This document shows positions 56,960 to 64,000 of a stretch of 64,000 bases of DNA, piece by piece. The notes under the pieces were generated by a model. That model did no database searches. It saw only the letters and a list, made by a program, of their open reading frames with translations, and was not told the origin of the DNA. The position numbers and the translations under genes were made by a program. The stretch's first letter is position 1; each line of letters opens with the position of its first letter. This DNA comes from Blastocatellia bacterium (GTDB lineage Bacteria > Acidobacteriota > Blastocatellia > UBA7656): contig CAVXWP010000008.1 of assembly GCA_963765495.1 (NCBI GenBank), positions 320,001-384,000 on the forward strand. The letters are read 5' to 3'.

Positions 56960-58548
56960 GCGGTGAACTCGATCTGATTATGGAAAACTCGATATTATCA
57001 ACTCTTATTGATGTAGACCCGACATCGCTTGTGGGCAACGATGAAAATACGGGCCTCGCAAATCAATTGAGCCACAGCACGGGCTCAGAAGTCTATCCAC
57101 GCTCGATCCTTGCAACACAGGATTCGCTCTTCTTTCTATGTAGAAAAGAGCGCCGGAAGTTCCTCGGCATACTGACTCGTGCCCCTGAAACAGACCATAG
57201 ATTCAGCGGCAACCTGAGCGTCGCAAGAATTGGACGCGATCAACTCACACTGAAACTCTGCGATAAAGATGTTGAGAATGCGCGCCTGCTCCGAGAGCTT
57301 TTTCCATTCTTAAGACCTCAGACGCTTGGCCTTCGCAAGTCTGCCGGGTGCGGCGACAGGTTGGGTCTTGCCACGCCCGGGCATATCAAGGCGATCAGGC
57401 AATCAAGCATGGCTCCAATACTGGCGCAGCAATCCGTACGTGAGAACTCTCGCACAAATCGCACCCCCATTGAGGTTCTCGACGATGCAATGTGGGGAGT
57501 CTTTCAGGAAGGCTGGCAGTCGGGTTATGGGGCCGATGCGGATCACCTAAAATCAACCGCCGACATTGATGACTTCGTCTCGGCCGGGTATACATTCTAT
57601 ACGATAGACCCCGGTGACCACGTAGACAACGAAGCGCAATCGGCAAACAGCGAAACCCTGAGACAGAAATCGGAAACGATTCCCTGGGCCGGGTTGGAAA
57701 CCAGCCCACAAACACTTATCTCACAATTGGCCTCAAGACCGATTGATCTCGGCAATTTCACGCTCTCGATAAGCGAGATTGATTTGATGCGCGCGGCGGC
57801 AAAATACGGTCGCGCCGTCCTTCATACGGTTACGATGTATCGCCACCTTAAAGAGCACCTCTCCGACAATGAGTTTGAGCTTGAGATGAGCGTCGATGAA
57901 ACGGATTCGGTCACGACTCTTGCCGAACACATCTATATTGCTCACGAGATGAAACGTCTGGGGGTAAAGTGGGCGAGCCTGGCCCCGAGGTACGCGGGAA
58001 CATTTGAAAAGGGAGTCGATTACATAGGCGACCCTGCGGACTTCGAAAGATGCTTTGTCGAACATCTGGCGGTTGCGAATACTTTTGGCCCTTATAAATT
58101 GAGCCTCCATTCAGGCTCCGACAAATTCAGCATCTATCCGATTGCATCGAAAATAGCAGGCAATCTCGTCCATCTGAAGACGGCCGGAACAAGTTATCTG
58201 GAAGCTCTACGCGCAATCTCTATCCTTCGCCCTTCTCTTTTCCGCGACATCGCCCGATTTGCTTTCCGTCGTTTCCCTTCCGACCGCGCGAGCTATCATG
58301 TTTCGGCAGACATCTCAAAGATCCCCGACCTCAGAACCCTCGGGGATGAGCAGCTACCTTCGCTCCTTGAAGATTTTGACTGCCGCGAAGCGTTGCACGT
58401 AACCTATGGATCAATCCTGAATAACGATGACTTGCGGGGGCCGATATTTGAGACCCTTGAAGACAACGAAGACACCCATTACCAGATACTGGAAACGCAT
58501 TTTGCAAGGCACTTCGCGCCGTTCGCCGATTCAGAGGCGGGCTCGTGA
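56956..58548 (+). CDS. uxaE: Tagaturonate/fructuronate epimerase
   Basis: GDRLGLATPGH, AQQSVRE..RT, GADADHLK, KLSLHSGSDK, HLKTAGTSYLEA motifs. Confidence 0.9.
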   Translation: MSGELDLIMENSILSTLIDVDPTSLVGNDENTGLANQLSHSTGSEVYPRSILATQDSLFFLCRKERRKFLGILTRAPETDHRFSGNLSVARIGRDQLTLKLCDKDVENARLLRELFPFLRPQTLGLRKSAGCGDRLGLATPGHIKAIRQSSMAPILAQQSVRENSRTNRTPIEVLDDAMWGVFQEGWQSGYGADADHLKSTADIDDFVSAGYTFYTIDPGDHVDNEAQSANSETLRQKSETIPWAGLETSPQTLISQLASRPIDLGNFTLSISEIDLMRAAAKYGRAVLHTVTMYRHLKEHLSDNEFELEMSVDETDSVTTLAEHIYIAHEMKRLGVKWASLAPRYAGTFEKGVDYIGDPADFERCFVEHLAVANTFGPYKLSLHSGSDKFSIYPIASKIAGNLVHLKTAGTSYLEALRAISILRPSLFRDIARFAFRRFPSDRASYHVSADISKIPDLRTLGDEQLPSLLEDFDCREALHVTYGSILNNDDLRGPIFETLEDNEDTHYQILETHFARHFAPFADSEAGS

Positions 58549-58570
58549 GTGAGAAGGCTGGAAATCTATT

Positions 58571-59401
58571 ATGACTCTCTCTGAATTGACAAAGATGTAC
58601 GATTTCACGGGCAGGTCTGTAATCATCACCGGGGGAACCGGCGTGCTTTGCAGCGCGATGGCGGCGGCACTCACAGGGTGCGGAGCGGGTGTGGCGATCC
58701 TTTCGCGCAATAAGAAAAAGGGGGATACGCTCGCGGCATCCGTCCCCGGCCCGGGCCGCGCGATCTCTCTGCGGGCGGATGTTTTAAATCGCGATGAATT
58801 GAGGAGAGCCGCAAACCGCGTCCAGAAGGAATTCGGGCACATTGATTGTCTGATAAACGGCGCGGGCGGAAATCACCCGAGCGCCTCAACTGGCCCCGAC
58901 TCATCCTTTTTCGACCTGCCCGAAGAGGCTCTAAAAGCCGTATTTGACTTGAATCTTCTCGGGTCGATCCTGCCTGCTCAGGTCTTTGGCAGAGAGATGG
59001 CCCGACGGGGCGAAGGCGTAATCCTGAATATCTCTTCGATGAGCGCGATTCGCCCGCTCACACGGGTTATGGCTTATTCGGCGGCCAAGTCTGCGATTTC
59101 GAGTTTCACTCAATGGCTGGCCGTCCATCTTGCAAGCGAGTATTCGCCACGTCTTCGCGTAAACGCTCTTGCTCCCGGGTTTTTCCTTACGGAACAGAAT
59201 CGCTTCCTGCTTTTAGATAAACAGACCGGCGAATTGAGCAAGCGCGGCCACGCTATAATCGACCATACGCCGATGGGCCGTTTCGGCGCGCCGGAAGATT
59301 TGCTTGGCGCAATGCTCTGGTTACTTTCGCCCGCTTCGGCTTTTGTTACGGGTATTGTAGTTCCGGTTGACGGTGGCTTTTCAGCTTTTGGCGGTGTCTG
59401 A
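58571..59401 (+). CDS. SDR, D-mannonate/fructuronate reductase-like
   Basis: TGGTGVL, INGAGGNHP, PLTRV.AYSAAK, APGFFLTEQNR motifs; hexuronate operon context. Confidence 0.85.
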   Translation: MTLSELTKMYDFTGRSVIITGGTGVLCSAMAAALTGCGAGVAILSRNKKKGDTLAASVPGPGRAISLRADVLNRDELRRAANRVQKEFGHIDCLINGAGGNHPSASTGPDSSFFDLPEEALKAVFDLNLLGSILPAQVFGREMARRGEGVILNISSMSAIRPLTRVMAYSAAKSAISSFTQWLAVHLASEYSPRLRVNALAPGFFLTEQNRFLLLDKQTGELSKRGHAIIDHTPMGRFGAPEDLLGAMLWLLSPASAFVTGIVVPVDGGFSAFGGV

Positions 59402-59418
59402 TTTCGGCGGAGAGACAG

Positions 59419-60702
59419 ATGATTGTCGGCGCGGGTTACATAGACAGATTATTGGCGAATGAAGAGATTCGGGATTTGATGTCTGCGGCCCTGTCTTCGA
59501 TACGCCTCACCGGACGCCGGGTCCTGATCATCATCCCCGACGGCACGCGGACGGCTCCCCTCCCTGTGATGTTTCGCCTCTTTTGCGAATTCCTGACCCC
59601 AAAAGTTGCGGCCCTCGATTTTCTTATCGCGCTCGGCACGCATCGCCTTATGAGCGAGGACGCCATAAACAGGCTTGTGGGCGTGACCGATGAAGAGCGG
59701 CGTACGCGATTCAATGGAGTAAATATATTCAATCACCGCTGGGATTTGCCGGAGACTTTTACGACCCTTGGCACAATATCGGCAGATGAAATCGAAGAGA
59801 TTTCCGGGGGATTATTGAACTCTGCCATAGAGGTTCGCCTCAACAGGATTGTCTTTGACTATGATCTGATCATTATCTGCGGGCCCACTTTCCCACACGA
59901 AGTCGTAGGCTTTTCCGGCGGCAACAAATACTTTTTCCCCGGCATAGGCGGAAAAAAAGTCATCAATTTCTCGCACTGGCTTGGCGCGCTCATCACCAGT
60001 TATTCAGTCATCGGCCAAAAATATACACCTGTTCGCCGCGTCATTGATCGGGCTGCCTCCTTCATAGATCGGGAAAAGCTCTGCTTCAGCCTCGTAGTAA
60101 AAGGAGGCGGGCTTGCCGGGTTGTACATAGGCTCGCCCGAAGAAGCCTACGACAACGCCGCCGACCTCTCAGCGCAAATACATATCAATTGGGTCGATAG
60201 ACCTTTTGACCGCGCGCTCGCTCAGATGCCCGAGATGTATGATGACATCTGGACGGCGGCAAAAGGAATGTACAAACTCGAACCTGTCATAAGTGATGGA
60301 GGGGACATAATTATTTACGCCCCGCACATCACCGAAGTCAGCTATTCGCACGGCAAGCAGATCGAGGAGATCGGGTATCACGTGCGGGATTATTTCCTAA
60401 AACAGTGGGATAAATTTAAGGATTATCCCGGTGGAGTGCTGGCTCACAGCACTCACCTCAAAGGTCTTGGGAATTACGACCTGCCTCTTTCGCTTGAGGC
60501 TCCGCGCATAAATGTTCACCTCGCGACAGGCATCTCGGAGGAGCGGTGCAAACGCCTCAATATCGGTTATCTCGCTCCTGAAAGTATCAACCCGGATGAT
60601 TGGAAGAACCGTGAAGAAGAAGGCATCCTGCTTGTGCCACGCGCGGGTGAGATGTTATACCGGGTCAGGCCAAACGCCCAGAAAAGAGCCGAGTGTTTTT
60701 GA
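59419..60702 (+). CDS. Lactate racemase (LarA)-domain protein, probable aldonate 2-epimerase
   Basis: IIPDGTR, IALGTH, PHEVVGFSGGNK..FPGI motifs; operon context. Confidence 0.8.
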   Translation: MIVGAGYIDRLLANEEIRDLMSAALSSIRLTGRRVLIIIPDGTRTAPLPVMFRLFCEFLTPKVAALDFLIALGTHRLMSEDAINRLVGVTDEERRTRFNGVNIFNHRWDLPETFTTLGTISADEIEEISGGLLNSAIEVRLNRIVFDYDLIIICGPTFPHEVVGFSGGNKYFFPGIGGKKVINFSHWLGALITSYSVIGQKYTPVRRVIDRAASFIDREKLCFSLVVKGGGLAGLYIGSPEEAYDNAADLSAQIHINWVDRPFDRALAQMPEMYDDIWTAAKGMYKLEPVISDGGDIIIYAPHITEVSYSHGKQIEEIGYHVRDYFLKQWDKFKDYPGGVLAHSTHLKGLGNYDLPLSLEAPRINVHLATGISEERCKRLNIGYLAPESINPDDWKNREEEGILLVPRAGEMLYRVRPNAQKRAECF

Positions 60703-60764
60703 CAGGATTAACAAGATTTCTGAGAGATGGTTGGAAAAACTCTCCAAATCTTGTTAATCCCGTC
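60701..60764. repeat. Intergenic inverted repeat (GACAGGATTAACA family), copy 1
   Basis: GACAGGATTAACAAGATTT pairs with AAATCTTGTTAATCCCGTC (1 mismatch). Confidence 0.8.
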
Positions 60765-60812
60765 TGATTCTTTCTCCCTCTTTACAAACCGGAATTACCT
60801 TTAGAGGAGACT

Positions 60813-62117
60813 ATGAACCAACCAACTGCCGCCGCTCAAGTTGAAACAGAGGAAGACTCGCGGCTCAAGATACGACATCTCAGGTGGTATATATGTGGCC
60901 TCCTGTTTTTTGCTACCACCATCAACTACATCGACCGACAGGTACTTGGAATTCTTGCGCCCGACTTGCAGCGAGAGATCGGATGGTCGGAACTTGATTA
61001 CGGTCGAATCATCATCGCTTTCCAGCTTGCCTACGCCGTAATGATGCTGGTTTCAGGCCGGATCATTGATAAAATCGGCACACGCCTGGGGTTTGCGCTT
61101 GCAATAATCTGGTGGTCGCTATCGGCGATGGGCCACGCCCTTGCGCGAAATGCTTTGACATTCGGCATAGCGCGATTTCTTCTCGGCGTGGGCGAAGCAT
61201 CAAATTTCCCGGCCTCGATAAAGACGGTGGCCGAATGGTTTCCAAAAAGCGAGCGGGCGCTAGCTACGGGGATTTTCAACGCGGGCAGCAATGTAGGCGC
61301 GGTTGCCGCGCCCGTTATGGTCCCTCTCATCGCAGCCGTCTGGAACTGGCAGGGTGCCTTTATCATCACGGGCGCGCTCGGTTTCCTCTGGTTGATTCCC
61401 TGGCTTGCCCTCTACCACAACCCCGAACATCACCCGCGCCTCACAAACAAAGAACGAGAAATAATCAATGACGGGGCCGAAGAAGATTCCACTGAGCGGG
61501 TGCCCTGGCTCCGGCTGCTTGGATACAGGCAACTCTGGGCCTTTGCCGTAGGCAAGCTTATGGCCGATCCGATCTGGTGGTTTTACCTCTTCTGGCTCCC
61601 AAAATTTCTGGCACAGGAACACGGGCTTCGCGGTACCGCAATCATTCCCTACCTCACAACGGTCTACATTATCGCCGATGTAGGGTCCGTCGGCGGAGGC
61701 TACATCTCTTCTGCGTTGATAAAGCGCGGCTGGACCATAAACAGATCGCGCAAGACCGCTCTCGGGTTATTCGCGTCGGTGATGCCCTTTGTCATCATCG
61801 CAAGCCAGACCCGAAGCGCGTGGCTTGCCGTAGCCCTGATAGGGATGGCGGCGGCGGCCCATCAGGGATGGTCGGCAAACATCTACACCCTCGCATCAGA
61901 CATGTTTCCTCGCCGGGCCGTTGCCTCAGTCATCGGCATAGGCGGATGCGCCGGAGGGCTGGGCGGCATCGTGGTTTCAGAATTTGCCGGGCGGGTCTTG
62001 CAGGCCGACCCGAGTTTTTATCTCCCTATGTTTGTGGCAGCGGGCCTGACCTATATCGCCGCGTTGATAATCATCCATCTTCTCGCACCCGGCCTCAAGC
62101 CGGTTGAACTGGGATAA
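60813..62117 (+). CDS. exuT: MFS hexuronate transporter
   Basis: [53 protein letters not shown] motifs. Confidence 0.9.
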   Translation: MNQPTAAAQVETEEDSRLKIRHLRWYICGLLFFATTINYIDRQVLGILAPDLQREIGWSELDYGRIIIAFQLAYAVMMLVSGRIIDKIGTRLGFALAIIWWSLSAMGHALARNALTFGIARFLLGVGEASNFPASIKTVAEWFPKSERALATGIFNAGSNVGAVAAPVMVPLIAAVWNWQGAFIITGALGFLWLIPWLALYHNPEHHPRLTNKEREIINDGAEEDSTERVPWLRLLGYRQLWAFAVGKLMADPIWWFYLFWLPKFLAQEHGLRGTAIIPYLTTVYIIADVGSVGGGYISSALIKRGWTINRSRKTALGLFASVMPFVIIASQTRSAWLAVALIGMAAAAHQGWSANIYTLASDMFPRRAVASVIGIGGCAGGLGGIVVSEFAGRVLQADPSFYLPMFVAAGLTYIAALIIIHLLAPGLKPVELG

Positions 62118-62134
62118 TCAGTAAAGGAACGAAC

Positions 62135-63817
62135 ATGCGTAAACAGGTTTATGATGCAGTAATAGTCGGCTCGGGCGCTTCGGGCGGCATAGCCGCGCAC
62201 GTACTCGTAAATAAGGGGCTAAATGTATTGCTTCTCGAGATCGGACCAAAATGGGAGGCGGCAAAGGATTTTGTTACTTCGCACAAATGGCCCTACGAGA
62301 TGCCTTTCAGAGGCAGGGGCAAACCGGGGCAGTATGACGGCCTTTGGAAGATCGATGCCTATACCGAACACCTCTATGTAAATCCCCGGATAGACCGTTA
62401 TGCAACAGCCCCCGGAACCGATTTTCATTGGACGCGAATCCACGCGGTAGGAGGGCGCACTATCACCTGGGGTCGTGTGAGCCTGCGAATGTCTGAATCT
62501 GATTTCAAACCAAAGGCCTTGCAGGACGGGTACGGCGACGACTGGCCTATAAGCTATGACGACCTTGCGCCCTACTATGATCGGGCGGAAAGACTCATGG
62601 GGGTTTACGGCACGCGTGAAGGTCTGGCAAATCTGCCCGACGGGATTTATATGCCGCCCCCGCGTATGAGGTGCGGCGAGCAACTCCTAAAGACGGGATG
62701 CAAAAAGATCACCATACCGGCAATCCCCATTCGGGCCGCTGTGCTGACGCGTAATCACGAGGGCCGCCCGGCGTGTCATTATTGCGGCGAATGCGGGCGC
62801 GGTTGCGATACGGCTTCCAGGTATTCGACCCTCGAAGCCATCATCCCCGCGCTCCTTAAACGACCTAATTTCACCCTGCGAACACACGCTGCCGCTTCCC
62901 GTGTCCTCCTCAACCCTCACACAAAACGGGCGAGCGGAGTCGCCTATATCGACACGCAAAACGGACAGGAGTATGAGGTTTTTGGCAAGACCGTAGTTCT
63001 GGGCGCGGGCGCGATGGAATCAACGAGAATTCTCTTGAACTCCAAAACACGTGACTTCCCCGACGGGCTCGCCAACTCATCCGGCGTACTCGGCCATTAC
63101 CTGATGGACAACATAAAATCCGGCTTTCTCGCCGGATTCCTGCCGCCACTTAAAGGCTGGCCCATCACAAATGAAGATGGAGCGGGAGGGGGCCATATCT
63201 ACATTCCGCGCCACGTGAATCTCAAGGGCGGGCGCAAAGCCGAAGTGCTCCGAGGCTGGCATTTTCAGCCTTCGAGCGGGTCGCCAATGTTCCCCTGGTT
63301 TTCATATCGCATCGGAGGGTTCGGCTCTGAATTTAAGAAAGAGGTAAAGGCGCATCATCCCTCAATAATAACGATGGCGGGGTTTGGCGAGTCTCTCCCC
63401 GATTTCAGCAACTTCTGCGAAATTGACCCGGATGGATTGAAGGATCGTTACGGCATCCCACAGCTTCGTTTTAACTGCAAGTGGGGTGACAACGACCTGA
63501 AGATGGCCGATCTGATGTACGACAGCGCGGAGGAAATTTTGCGGGCCGCCGGCGCAGAGATTATGCCTTTTCAAAAAAGGCAGCCCGCTCCACACGGCGA
63601 CTCTACACACGAAGTCGGGACGGCGAGGATGGGAAAAGACCCCAAGACATCGGTTCTCAATCCGTTTTGCGCTTCACACGATGTCGAAAATCTATTTGTG
63701 GTAGACGGCAGCAGCTTTGTCTCGCTATCGGAAAAGAATGTGACATTGACGATCACGGCGCTCGCCTGGCGAGCCTGTGATTATCTTGCCGAAGAGATGC
63801 GTAAAGGCGATTTATAA
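62135..63817 (+). CDS. GMC family oxidoreductase (glucoside 3-dehydrogenase-like large subunit)
   Basis: [27 protein letters not shown] Fe-S motif, HEVGTARMG. Confidence 0.9.
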   Translation: MRKQVYDAVIVGSGASGGIAAHVLVNKGLNVLLLEIGPKWEAAKDFVTSHKWPYEMPFRGRGKPGQYDGLWKIDAYTEHLYVNPRIDRYATAPGTDFHWTRIHAVGGRTITWGRVSLRMSESDFKPKALQDGYGDDWPISYDDLAPYYDRAERLMGVYGTREGLANLPDGIYMPPPRMRCGEQLLKTGCKKITIPAIPIRAAVLTRNHEGRPACHYCGECGRGCDTASRYSTLEAIIPALLKRPNFTLRTHAAASRVLLNPHTKRASGVAYIDTQNGQEYEVFGKTVVLGAGAMESTRILLNSKTRDFPDGLANSSGVLGHYLMDNIKSGFLAGFLPPLKGWPITNEDGAGGGHIYIPRHVNLKGGRKAEVLRGWHFQPSSGSPMFPWFSYRIGGFGSEFKKEVKAHHPSIITMAGFGESLPDFSNFCEIDPDGLKDRYGIPQLRFNCKWGDNDLKMADLMYDSAEEILRAAGAEIMPFQKRQPAPHGDSTHEVGTARMGKDPKTSVLNPFCASHDVENLFVVDGSSFVSLSEKNVTLTITALAWRACDYLAEEMRKGDL

Positions 63818-63835
63818 TTTAGCGCTCGTTTTTTT

Positions 63836-63908
63836 GACGGGATTTACAGGATTTCAGAGGATTTAATCAGAGTCTGGTTTATTATTTTATAATCCTGTTA
63901 ATCCTGTC
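63836..63908. repeat. Intergenic inverted repeat (GACAGGATTAACA family), copy 2
   Basis: GACGGGATTTACAGGATT pairs with AATCCTGTTAATCCTGTC. Confidence 0.8.
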
Positions 63909-64000
63909 GGATCTTCTACGGGATTCCATCAGCATATCGAGTTTCAATCTCTTCGCCTTTATCTCCATTTCAAGCTGCTCTTTCTGTTCGTCGTTTGAAA
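63882..64000 (-). CDS. Possible 3' end of a gene entering from the right edge
   Basis: Open frame ...SNDEQKEQLEMEIKAKRLKLDMLMESRRRSDRINRIIK*, coiled-coil-like; too short to assign. Confidence 0.3.
   Translation of the reverse strand, partial: SNDEQKEQLEMEIKAKRLKLDMLMESRRRSDRINRIIK

Overview
64-kb chromosomal segment, most consistent with an Acidobacteriota (Blastocatellia-like) genome; this is inferred from gene content such as the acidobacterial-type VWA protein. About 52 CDS: partial NFACT/RqcH, tolQRAB-pal-cpoB operon, a fused PotC-PotD, ubiE-tldD-pmbA, lolA, system II cytochrome c maturation (ccsB/ccsA), two sigma-54 activators, a large FG-GAP protein, a Tat-exported sugar oxidoreductase cluster and a hexuronate operon (uxaC-uxaE-SDR-LarA-like-exuT-GMC). 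I found no rRNA, tRNA, CRISPR array or intact IS. Main observations: (1) the window appears to contain the replication terminus, with a 28-bp dif-like site at 33398-33425 at a G/C skew flip and five more copies of one dif arm, G[AC]GTCTGATAA, all pointing toward dif; (2) a probable ~80-nt sigma-54-dependent sRNA at ~28942-29023 with -24/-12 box, IHF site, candidate activator sites and terminator; (3) two ORF-track fragments that join through an in-frame TGA (CGU motif plus a SECIS-like hairpin) into a UshA-like/tetraheme cytochrome c selenoprotein; (4) a sigma-54 activator with an IS630-transposase-like HTH fused at its N-terminus. All calls were made by eye; no database searches were run.
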